Shown: in pieces, positions 27,596-36,483 of the stretch
How positions within the stretch are numbered: the stretch's first letter is position 1
Layout: every line of letters begins with the position of its first letter
Assembly (NCBI GenBank): GCA_965217585.1
Contig: OZ244561.1
Coordinates: forward strand, 4,064,001 to 4,128,000
Direction: 5' to 3'
Source: Candidatus Latescibacterota bacterium
Lineage (GTDB): Bacteria > Latescibacterota > UBA2968 > UBA8231
DNA: 64,000 nucleotides
Notes under the pieces: generated by a model
Told to the model about the DNA's origin: nothing
The model's database searches: none
Seen by the model: the letters and a program-made list of their open reading frames with translations, nothing else
Made by a program: the position numbers and the translations under genes

Positions 27596-28674
27596 GCGTC
27601 CGCCTCGTACTTCGGCTGCCGCGGCGCGCGATCCCGCTCCAGCCGGTAGGCGCTCCCGTCAAGCGGCAAGTCTACGCGAGCACCGCCGCGCTGGTGCGAC
27701 TCGACAAACGCGAAAATTAGCTCGGTATTAGCCCGCGCCAGTTCCGCGCCGCCGCGCGGAGGCTCGCCCGTATCGAGTGAGTGGACCAAATCCTCGACCA
27801 AGCAAAGCGTCGAAGCCCGGTGCTCGAAAGAGGGAAATTCCACCAAGCCCAATTTATCGCGGCCCCGATGATCCTGTGTTACCGGTGCCCGCAACTGCCA
27901 CTCCCTATCATTGCCCAGCGCCGTCACCACGCCTTTTTCGCAGACGGCCTCCACTTCCAAGCCCCGACCCGAATTGAGCGCGTACGCAGTGACCCCGTTG
28001 GCGAACTGGATGATGCCGTGCCCGACCGGGTCCTCGCGCAGGATATCGCCGTCGATGATCTCGTCGCCATTGGGCAAATGCGCTTGCACCCAAGCGGCAG
28101 GGGCGTCGGAGTTGAGACGCTGGAGCAGATCAAAGCTGTGGCTTGCACCGTTGAAGAGCGCACTGGTCTGGTGGATGATGAGGGTTTGCAACGCGCCGAT
28201 TTCCCCGGAGTCGATGACGGCCTTCATTTGGTCGTAGCCGGGATGGAAGCGGCGATTGGTGCCCATGTTGAGTGCGACATTGTGGCGCTGGCAGGCTTCG
28301 ACCATGCGGTCGGCTTCGGCCAGCGAGGCCGAGAACGCCTTTTCCGCGTAGATCGCACGGGCACCCGCTTCGGTTGCCGCGATGACAATCTCGGCGCGGT
28401 GCTCGGGCTGGGTGGCCACGCTGACGATATCCGGCTTTTCGCGATCGAGCATTTCGCGGTAGTCGGTGTACTGCTTGTCCGGGGGAATGCCGTAGCGCTT
28501 ACCGACCCTTTCCATCACATCGGCGCGCAGGTCCGAACAGGCGACGAGGTCCGTGCGCTCACAAGCCTCGTACCCAGCGGCGTGGGAGTACGGGCGCATC
28601 TCGGCCGGGACTTCGTTGTCGATGAAAGCCCCCATGCGGCTGCAGCCGATGAGAACGGCTTTGTATTGGTCCAT
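27592..28674 (-). CDS. Gfo/Idh/MocA oxidoreductase
   Basis: IGCSRMG, YTDYREMLDREKPDIVSVAT, AIYAEK, SHSFD. Confidence 0.88.
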   Translation of the reverse strand: MDQYKAVLIGCSRMGAFIDNEVPAEMRPYSHAAGYEACERTDLVACSDLRADVMERVGKRYGIPPDKQYTDYREMLDREKPDIVSVATQPEHRAEIVIAATEAGARAIYAEKAFSASLAEADRMVEACQRHNVALNMGTNRRFHPGYDQMKAVIDSGEIGALQTLIIHQTSALFNGASHSFDLLQRLNSDAPAAWVQAHLPNGDEIIDGDILREDPVGHGIIQFANGVTAYALNSGRGLEVEAVCEKGVVTALGNDREWQLRAPVTQDHRGRDKLGLVEFPSFEHRASTLCLVEDLVHSLDTGEPPRGGAELARANTELIFAFVESHQRGGARVDLPLDGSAYRLERDRAPRQPKYEADA

Positions 28675-28685
28675 TTGCTCCTCCT

Positions 28686-30323
28686 TTACCAAAATTTGGC
28701 GACGTTTTCTTCCGCCTTGGTCATCACCTCCAACAGGGCGGCTCGACCTTCGAGATTGGCCGCGAGTGCGCGTTGGATGGCCGGTGCCAAGTCCGGGGGC
28801 GTTTCAACGCGCTCGGAGTGGGCACCGAGGGCCTCGGCTACCTGCGCGTAGTGTCCGCCGAGCTGGTTGCTCTGCCAGTGCTCGCTGGCGTAGGGCATGT
28901 GCTGGTCGTAGTGGGTCATCACGCCGTTGTTGAGCACCACCGTGAGAATGGGAATTTCTGCGCGCACTGCGGTCTCAATGTCGAGGCCCGCCATGCCAAA
29001 AGCCGCATCGCCCATGACGTTGATGACCTGCTTGTCCGGCGCGGCTAACTTGGCCCCCAAGGCCAAGCCCAAACCATAGCCAAGCTGGGTCGATTTTCCC
29101 CAGCCGATGTACCCTCTGGGGACTTGGGGCCGCCAGAACGGCACGAGCTGATCGCGGGGATAGCCCGAGTCGTGGGTGATGATGGTGTTGGGCACATCCA
29201 CGGCGCGGGCGAGTTCGGCGAAGACCCGGTAGGGGTTTATCGGCACCTCGTCCGAGCGGAATCTCGGTGCCCATGCGGCGTTGAACTCAGCGCGGATGGC
29301 CGCGATCTCATCCGCAGTCTCGCGCCCGTCTCCCCGCCCGTCGGCCCCGAGCTGCCGGCGGACTTCCTCAATAATCTGCTCCAGCACGATCCGCGCATCG
29401 CCGATGGCCCCTAAGTCGATCCGGTAGTCCTTATTGAGATCCTCCGCGCAGTTGGTCACCTGCGCCAAGACAGCGCGATCGGGCATGGGGGCGTTGAAGA
29501 CCGATATGGTAAAGCTGGTGCCCACGCCCAAGACGAAGTCGGTCTTTTGCAGGAAGCGATCGACCATCAGCGTGCCGGTGTGGCCGCCGGTGCCCAGCGC
29601 GAGCGGATGGTTTTCGGGAAACGCGCTCTTGCCAGCCAAGGTGGTCATAACGGGCACATTGAGCAGCTCGGCGAGGGCCACGAGCTGATCCGTGGCTTCG
29701 GCCCACAGCACGCCGTGCCCGGCGTTGATGACCGGACATTCGGCCTTGACGAGTGCGGCAACCAAGTCGCGCACCGCATCTGGGTCAGCCCCCGACTTGT
29801 AGGCTTTGACCGGTCGGTAGTCGAGATCACCGGGAAATTCGGCAGTACCTAAATCGGTGGGTATTTCCACCAGCACCGGCCCGGGGCGGCCGTGGGCGAG
29901 CTGGCTAAAGGCTCGGCGTATCAGCTCGGGAATGCGCTCGACTTGGTTGATATTGGCAGCCCATTTGGTGATGCCGCGATAGTTATCCACCGCGTCGAAG
30001 TTGGGCGGCACTTGCGTGCGGGCCGTGGGCGCGCCGCCGGGCAAGAGCAGCAGGGGAATGGAATCAGCGTAGGCCTGGGCCGCGCCACCAAGGGCGTTTT
30101 CAGCCCCCGGCCCGGTCTGCATGGTAAAGACGCCAAAGGGGCGGCCATTGGTCGTGCGGCTAAAGCCGTCGGCCATGTTGACGCCCGTCCGCTCCTGGCG
30201 GCAGATAATGGGCCGGATACCAGCGCGGGCCGCCTCGTCAATCAGCGGCTGGGCGGGAAAAGCCGACAGCCACGCGACGCCTTCGGCCTTGAGGATGTGG
30301 GCAATGGCTTGGTTGCCGTTCAT
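28686..30323 (-). CDS. Thiamine pyrophosphate-requiring enzyme (acetolactate synthase-like superfamily)
   Basis: RQERTGVNMADG, GPGAEN, GRPGPVLVEIP, GDAAFGM...NN TPP motif. Confidence 0.9.
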   Translation of the reverse strand: MNGNQAIAHILKAEGVAWLSAFPAQPLIDEAARAGIRPIICRQERTGVNMADGFSRTTNGRPFGVFTMQTGPGAENALGGAAQAYADSIPLLLLPGGAPTARTQVPPNFDAVDNYRGITKWAANINQVERIPELIRRAFSQLAHGRPGPVLVEIPTDLGTAEFPGDLDYRPVKAYKSGADPDAVRDLVAALVKAECPVINAGHGVLWAEATDQLVALAELLNVPVMTTLAGKSAFPENHPLALGTGGHTGTLMVDRFLQKTDFVLGVGTSFTISVFNAPMPDRAVLAQVTNCAEDLNKDYRIDLGAIGDARIVLEQIIEEVRRQLGADGRGDGRETADEIAAIRAEFNAAWAPRFRSDEVPINPYRVFAELARAVDVPNTIITHDSGYPRDQLVPFWRPQVPRGYIGWGKSTQLGYGLGLALGAKLAAPDKQVINVMGDAAFGMAGLDIETAVRAEIPILTVVLNNGVMTHYDQHMPYASEHWQSNQLGGHYAQVAEALGAHSERVETPPDLAPAIQRALAANLEGRAALLEVMTKAEENVAKFW

Positions 30324-30363
30324 GGATGGCGTCCCTTTCCGGGTTGTGTGGTTGGATCAGGAA

Positions 30364-30453
30364 TTTGGTAAGGGCAGGACTACAGAGATTTGGTAAGGAC
30401 AACCCCTGTGGTTGCCTATCGGGGTTTGGTAGGGGCAACCCTCGTGGTTGCCC
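30364..30453. repeat. GTAG-family REP cluster
   Basis: Three TTTGGTA[A/G]GG heads, including GTAAGGACAACCCCTGTGGTTGCC and GTAGGGGCAACCCTCGTGGTTGCCC hairpins. Confidence 0.65.
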
Positions 30454-30497
30454 ACCCGCAAAATCTGCATAGAACGTTGGACAGAGACCTAGCTGCG

Positions 30498-31775
30498 TCA
30501 AGAGGCTCGCCGCCCGCGCCCGATACTCCACCAGACGACCAAGGCCTCCACGGTGTGACCGCTGATCAAGGCACCCACGGCCTGGGTTGCACCGTGGAGC
30601 TCGAAATTGGCAAGCAGGGCTAACATCAGCAAGACGGTCGCTACGCGCGACGGAGCACTCGGCGCCATGGCTTGGGTGCGGTGCTGGAGCAGGCCAATGC
30701 CGTGGAAGTAGCTGCGCAGGCTGACGACAAAGGGAAAGCCCGTAAAGAGCAGCAAGGGCACCTTGCAGTCGGCGATCAGCTCGGGGCCAATGCCGATCCA
30801 AGCGCCGAGTATGTAATTGACAGCCGGCGTCCAAAACAGCAGCACCATCCATGCACAGGAAAACAGGCAACAGCCCCAGCAGAAGCGGCGGATCTTGGCC
30901 AAATCTCCTTCTTGACGGAAGGCCGTCGGCAGGTTGCGCAGTTCGTTGAGCCAGCCATAGGGGATGTGGCCGAGCGCATAGACGATGGTCAGCACGGCCA
31001 GCGCTTCGGTGCCGTCGGCACTGCGAGCGACGAACACGTTGATCAGCGGCCGAGTGCCGGCTTGCACGGCCATGATCAGCGCCAAGGGCCAGAAGAACCG
31101 CAGGACATAGAAATAGGTCAGAGCCGGCGCGTTGGCTGGCGCAGGCCAGCGCACCAAGCGCCAGCGGCCCCACGCGACCACGCCAAGCTCGGTGAGAGCA
31201 CCCGTGTACGTGGCGAGGACCGGCAGTAAAATGGGGGTCTGGCGGACGAAGCCGAGCGGCAGCAGCGCAAAGACCGCGAGGATGCTGAGGGCGATTCCAG
31301 TAGTGGTGGCGTACGCGGGGATGTCGGTGCGGCGGACGCGGATGAGTTCGCCGCTGTAAAAGCGCGTCATCCCGTGCAGGACGGGGAAGGGAACGAGCCA
31401 CAACAGGGCCAAGCGCACTGCCTCCCCGAGTGCGGGATCGACCCCGTGCAGGTCGTTGATAATCCAAGCCCCCAAAGGCGTCAGCGCCAAGCTCGCTAAG
31501 ATGCCGGCCAATAGCAGCCCGGCGGCGAGCACGAAGCGGAAGCAGACTCGGTAGCCTTGGGTGTGCTCGACGAGGACCAAGCCGAGCTGCCGCACTTGAG
31601 ACAGGGTGCCGGCGAGGAATAGAGCCAAGCCAAAGGCCAAGCCAAAGGCGGCCAGCGTTTCGACCGCCCGCGGCATGCGCGCCATGCCGCCGTTGAGGAA
31701 CTGGCCGCTGAGCTCTTGCACCAGCGCCGTCACCACCAAGGGCAACATGAAGCGGGTTAGCTGGGCATAGCTCAT
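30498..31775 (-). CDS. ANKH-like (MOP/MATE-fold) membrane transporter
   Basis: About 10-12 TM helices. AVETLAAFGLA, FFWPLALIMAVQAGTRPLINVFVAR and TEALAVLTIVYALGHIPYGWLNELR resemble animal ANKH. Confidence 0.75.
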   Translation of the reverse strand: MSYAQLTRFMLPLVVTALVQELSGQFLNGGMARMPRAVETLAAFGLAFGLALFLAGTLSQVRQLGLVLVEHTQGYRVCFRFVLAAGLLLAGILASLALTPLGAWIINDLHGVDPALGEAVRLALLWLVPFPVLHGMTRFYSGELIRVRRTDIPAYATTTGIALSILAVFALLPLGFVRQTPILLPVLATYTGALTELGVVAWGRWRLVRWPAPANAPALTYFYVLRFFWPLALIMAVQAGTRPLINVFVARSADGTEALAVLTIVYALGHIPYGWLNELRNLPTAFRQEGDLAKIRRFCWGCCLFSCAWMVLLFWTPAVNYILGAWIGIGPELIADCKVPLLLFTGFPFVVSLRSYFHGIGLLQHRTQAMAPSAPSRVATVLLMLALLANFELHGATQAVGALISGHTVEALVVWWSIGRGRRAS

Positions 31776-33376
31776 GCCCGGACGATCTGTCCGGCGCGGC
31801 TGTCGGCTATTTCTCCTTGTTCAACGGCGATCCGCCCATTGACGATTACGCAGTCGATGCCCTGCGGATAGCGGTAGGGGTCGGCAAAGTCGGCGCACTC
31901 GCCGATGGCTGCTGGATCGAAGACCACGAGGTCGGCCCAGTAGCCTTCGCGCAAGAGGCCGCGCGCGCCCAAGCGGAAGCGGGCGGCGGGGTGGCCGGTG
32001 AGCTTGTGGATGGCCTCTTCCCAACGCAGCGCACCCTGCTCGCGGACGAAGCGGCGCAAAAAGTAGGGGAAGGCCCCATAGGAGCGGGGATGGTGCTTAC
32101 CCTCGGCCAAGGTGCCTTCGGGCACCAGCGAGAAGCCATCGGAGATGACGCCGCCAGTGGGGTGGCGAGCGATGTTGAGGAAGTCCTCCTCAGACACGTC
32201 CTCGGCCAGCATCCACGGCCGCGCGCGCTCTTCAACGAGGATGTCGCAGACCGCGTCGTGAGGCTTCTGGCCGCGCCGCCGACCGATCTCGGCAAAGCTC
32301 AGGCCGACAAAGGAGGCGTTTTGCTCGGCGCTGCCCAGCCAGATCTTGTCCCATTGCCCATTCCGCGCCAAGTTGCGCTTGCGGCTGCCGCCGCTCTCGG
32401 CTCCGTGCTGCACGGTGTCCTGCTCGATCTTGGCGCGGGTCTCCGGGTCTTGTAACCTCCTCAACAGGGCTTCGTCGCCACCGGCCAAGGCCCAGGGGGG
32501 CAATAGCGACTTGAGAGTGGTGCTGCCGACCGTATAGGGAATGGCGTCGCAGCTAATGTCGCAGCCCTCGCGGCGCTTCTGGTCAATGGTGGCGAGCAGG
32601 TCGCGGGTTGCGCCGATCATCGGTGCACCAGGCTGCATGTGCGAGACGTGGGCTGCAACCGCGGCTTGCTCGCCAACGGCAATGACCTCGCCGACGGCTT
32701 GAGCAATCGACTCGGTCTGGTTGCGGATGTGCGAGGTGTAGATGCCGCCGTACTCAGAGACGACCTTGCCCAACTCGACGAGTTCCTCCAGCGCCGCATA
32801 CGGGCCGGGCGCGTACGCCAAGCCCGACGACAACCCCATCGCGCCGTCTGCCATCGCGCGGGCGACGAGCGCCTTCATCTGCTCCATTTCAGCCGCAGTC
32901 GGCGGGCGGTCGTCGTAGCCCATGGCGGCGACGCGCACGTTGCCGTGGCCGACCAAGGTCGCGGTATTCGTGCCCAATCCATTGGCTTCGAGCCGCTGGA
33001 AATAGTCGCCGAAATGGGTCCAATCGCACGCCAAACCACGGGTCATCGCCGGGTCGAGCGGGCCGTAGTACGGCTCGTAGTCGCGGGTGGGCGCGGCCGA
33101 GACGCCGCAGTTGCCCATGACTTGGGTCGTAATGCCCTGCGTGAGGGAACTGAGCGCGCGGCCGTCGAGGGCGATGGTCAGGTCCGAATGCGTGTGGATG
33201 TCGATAAATCCAGGGCAGGCGATGCGGCCCTCGGCGTCGATGGTGTGCCGGGCAGTGGCCGCAGCAAGATCGCCGATGGCCACGATGCGGCCCTGCTCAA
33301 CGGCGATGTCGCCGCGGAAAGCCGGCTGGCCGCTGCCGTCGAGAAGCTGGGCGTTGCGGATTAACAGGTCGTACAT
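31772..33376 (-). CDS. N-acyl-D-amino-acid deacylase family amidohydrolase
   Basis: YDLLIRNA..DGSG, PGFIDIHTHSD, GNCGVS, YTSHIRN, HPRSYGAFP, ADLVVFDP. Confidence 0.92.
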   Translation of the reverse strand: MYDLLIRNAQLLDGSGQPAFRGDIAVEQGRIVAIGDLAAATARHTIDAEGRIACPGFIDIHTHSDLTIALDGRALSSLTQGITTQVMGNCGVSAAPTRDYEPYYGPLDPAMTRGLACDWTHFGDYFQRLEANGLGTNTATLVGHGNVRVAAMGYDDRPPTAAEMEQMKALVARAMADGAMGLSSGLAYAPGPYAALEELVELGKVVSEYGGIYTSHIRNQTESIAQAVGEVIAVGEQAAVAAHVSHMQPGAPMIGATRDLLATIDQKRREGCDISCDAIPYTVGSTTLKSLLPPWALAGGDEALLRRLQDPETRAKIEQDTVQHGAESGGSRKRNLARNGQWDKIWLGSAEQNASFVGLSFAEIGRRRGQKPHDAVCDILVEERARPWMLAEDVSEEDFLNIARHPTGGVISDGFSLVPEGTLAEGKHHPRSYGAFPYFLRRFVREQGALRWEEAIHKLTGHPAARFRLGARGLLREGYWADLVVFDPAAIGECADFADPYRYPQGIDCVIVNGRIAVEQGEIADSRAGQIVRA

Positions 33377-33609
33377 GTTTTACCTCGCGTTTTGGATTGA
33401 AGTGGCGTTTTGTATAAATAAGCAAAAATAAACCAAACCGCACTGAGCCGAGCACTGAGATGAACTGACAAATGTGCTATCTAATCGTAGGCGTCGCCAT
33501 CGCATTGCGCATTGCTAGTGCTAGTGATCGATATCTGTAGGGACGTAGCGTGAGTCCGCGCCTCGTGGCATGGTTGCTTGCTCATCAGTTATTTCCAATG
33601 TTACGTATA

Positions 33610-34748
33610 TATAGCAATCCTGAATGAGTTGAGAGCATCATTTAATTTTTCTATGTTATCCTGCGTTTGGTATGGCCCCCCTTTTTTAGGAGCTTATCTA
33701 TGCCTTCGGATACTTCTCTTACGGCGTTTATCGCCAGCAATCCCGATGCACGGGAATTGAAACGGGCGTTAGCGGTTCACATGACGCAGTTGGGCTTCAA
33801 ACAACGGGTGATCCAATCCATTCTCGGCGTACCGTCGAGCTTCATTAGCACGTGGAAGAAACGCTATCAGGCCAAGGGCGTGGACGGTTTGCGCTTGGGT
33901 TATACCGGGTCGCAGCCTTTTTTGTCGGCCGATCAATGTGCACAAATCCACGCGTGGTTAGCCACCCAACCGCAGCCTTCGGTCGCCGGGTTAGCCGCCT
34001 ATATCCGAACCCAGTTTGGCGTGGTCTTTCGCTCATCGCAAAGCTATTACGACCTACTTTCGCAGGCTCGCTATAGCTGGAAAAAGACGCAAGCCCGTAT
34101 GCCGAAAGCCGATCCACAACAGACGATGGACCGGCGAGAAGCCATTAAAAAAAACTAGCCGATCATAAGGCCGACCTTGAAGCCGGCCACGTCAGTGCCT
34201 TTTTCGTTGATGAGTCGCACCTGCACTGGGACGAAGCCTGTGGCTATGCTTGGGGACGCCAAGACCAACGGCTTGAGGTTTCCATTGAAAATGGCCGTCA
34301 ACGACAAACCTATTATGGAGCCTTAGAGGTGGTCAAGGGCACCTTCCTCATGCAAAGCTACCCGAAGGCCAATTCACAGCATACCGTGGACTTTGTACGC
34401 TACCTACAACAGCGTCGTCCCGGGCAAAAGTTGTTGATCTTTTGGGACGGCGTTTCCTATCATCATCAACAGGCCATGCGTGATTTTCTGCAAGCGATCC
34501 AAGCCGATCAAGCACCCAACGAGTGGAAGATCGACTGTACGCGATTGGCCCCGTATGCACCGCAAGAAAATCCGGTCGAAGACCTCTGGTTAAAAGGCAA
34601 GACCTTTGTGCGCACCCATGCGTTATGGACCACCTGTTTTGAACAGATTAAAGACCTATTCGTCAAGGGAATTCGACAGAACAGATACTTCCATTTCCCC
34701 AAGTTGAAACAATATGCAATATCTCTTAAATGATTTAGGATTGCTATA
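33610..34748 (+). mobile_element. IS630-family insertion sequence
   Basis: Inverted ends TATAGCAATCCTGAATGAGTTGAGAG and CTCTTAAATGATTTAGGATTGCTATA (26 bp including flanking TA, 4 mismatches) around a DDE transposase. Confidence 0.92.
33700..34733 (+). CDS. IS630 transposase, two ORFs joined by a -1 programmed frameshift
   Basis: The HTH ORF ends at AAAAAAAAC (34147-34155). The -1 frame continues KKLADH..FFVDESH..WDGVSYH..PYAPQENPVEDLW. Confidence 0.88.
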
Positions 34749-35137
34749 GGATCACAACATCGCATGAGGTATCGAGCCTGACGAACGGGGTCAGCTACCA
34801 GTTCCAGGTGCGGGCGATGTATCGGGGGAAGGTAAAGGTTGTGTCGTTCATCCAGTCGGTGACGCCGCAGGGGCCGCCCACCTTTTCCCAGGACAGCGTA
34901 TCCTATTCGGTTCAGGCCGGTTCCACTTTCCATGAAACATTACCTTCGGCGGAAGGAGCCGATAGCTATGAGACCTCCGGTACCGTACCAGGGTATGTCG
35001 AGATCAACAAGACAACCCGTGCTATAACAATTCAGCCGGAGAACACGCATGTGGGTGATGACGACTTCATCTGGCGCGCCCGCAACACACACGGCACAGA
35101 CGACCTGACCGTCAATATAACGGTCGTCTCCACCTCC

Positions 35138-36105
35138 ACCGAGACGGAGTATGCCTACCAGATCAGTGCTTCTGGCAGCAATGCACCTTCGTTTGACGCC
35201 TCCTCCAGTGGGATACCCACCAACTGGTCGTCGTCTCGGCAGACGCCGGTCTCGGCAGCGCCCTACGAGTGGCAGATCAGCCGCACGCGGCTGGCGGGCG
35301 GCTCCTGGAGCAACTGGGGCGGGGCCACGGTGGTACGGACCTACGAGGCACCCCCTGAGAAGCCGTCTGAAAACCCCCTGTCGGGCTGTTTTTCGGGTGG
35401 TCAAGCGATCTAGGCGTCGAGCGTTTTTCATAGGGCGAGACGCCCTCGATCCCAGCGGCTTGGAGTCAAAGCAGAGATCGAAACCCTAGTTTTCAGACGG
35501 CTTCTGAGACGCAATATGCGTAACGACTAAACAATTCTTCTTCCAGCGCACCTTCGTTTAGCGCCTCGGCCAGTGGGCGACCCACCGGCTGGTCGTCGTC
35601 GCGGCAGACGCCCACATCAAGTAATCGCTATGAGTGGCGCATCAGCCGCACGCGGCCGACGGGCGGCTCGTGGAGCAATTGGGGCGGGGCTACGGTAGTA
35701 CGGACCTCCACCGAGACGCAATATGCCTACCAGATCAGTGCTTCTGGCAGCAATGCACCTTCGTTTAGCGCCTCCTCCAGTGGGATACCTTCCGGCTGGT
35801 CATCGTCTCGGCAGACGCCGGTTTCGGCAGCACCCTACGAGTGGCGCATCAGCCGCACGCGGCCGACGGGCGGCTCGTGGAGTAATTGGGGCGGGGCCAC
35901 GGTGGTACGGACCTACACCGCGAGACAGTCTGCCTACCGGTGGAACAACTCCAGCTCTAACCCACCGACGTTCAGTGCCACCACTCGTGGTGTGCCTTCC
36001 GGCTGGTCGTCGTCTCGGCAGACTCCTGTCTCGACGGTGCCCTACGAGTGGCGCGTCAGCCGCACGCGACCGACGGGCGGCTCCTGGTCCAACTGGGGTC
36101 GCGGC
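35138..36105 (+). repeat. Four tandem coding repeats of about 207 bp
   Basis: Unit TETQYAYQISASGSNAPSFSASSSGIPSGWSSSRQTPVSAAPYEWRISRTRPTGGSWSNWGGATVVRT, starting near 35138, 35506, 35710 and 35917. Confidence 0.9.
35360..35503. mobile_element. 144-bp MITE
   Basis: Perfect 15-bp TIR AAGCCGTCTGAAAAC/GTTTTCAGACGGCTT flanked by a CTGAG duplication. No transposase. Confidence 0.85.
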
Positions 36106-36118
36106 TAGTGCGTGAAGA

Positions 36119-36151
36119 GGCCGGCGGCGCAGACAACCCGCGCCGCCGGCC
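36119..36151. terminator. GC-rich hairpin (terminator or REP)
   Basis: GGCCGGCGGCGC-N9-GCGCCGCCGGCC, a perfect 12-bp stem right after the pseudogene stop. No clear U-tract. Confidence 0.45.
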
Positions 36152-36483
36152 AAGCATTATAGAGCCTCCTTTGGACACTGCCGTCCTGTTCACGCCCGAC
36201 AGCGCGGTGAATTTTGTCCCTGAGTGCGGGTCGTCCTATCTTTCTGACAGAGTGCAAGGAACCCGCCACCCCTAGGGACGTCTGATCCCTGATGGACGAG
36301 TCGTTGCAGGTCAGACTCCCGACCTGCTGATACCACCCGAACCCTCAGCCGAAATCTTCCCGTCAACAGTTCGAATGGGCGCGCACATCCTTTTGTCTTC
36401 TTATCTTATTTGGTTCCTATTACGCCCGGCGAAGTTGCCGACGTGCAGAAAATTTCTGCGCTAAACCAAAGAAAGGCACGCCA

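Larger units (their letters stand above)
34749..36108 (+). pseudogene. Decayed surface protein: FN3 remnant, Ig-like domain and four Ser/Thr/Trp-rich repeats of about 69 aa
   Basis: Begins mid-FN3 (TTSHEVSSLTNGVSYQFQVRA) at the IS end. It has a MITE insertion, an in-frame TAA at 35521 and a truncated last repeat. Confidence 0.8.

Noticed and set aside
34147-34158. Stop codon splitting the transposase, suggesting a pseudogene
   Set aside because: An A8C slippery site with an open -1 frame is the usual IS630 programmed frameshift.
35362-35371. GCCGTCTGAA, identical to the Neisseria DNA uptake sequence, in inverted pair
   Set aside because: Noticed only within the MITE TIRs and not scattered through the window, so it is probably coincidental.
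35138-36108. Repeats as a CRISPR array or DGR template/variable pair
   Set aside because: The units are ~207-bp coding repeats without unique spacers. Differences are not confined to adenines, and no cas or reverse transcriptase gene is present.
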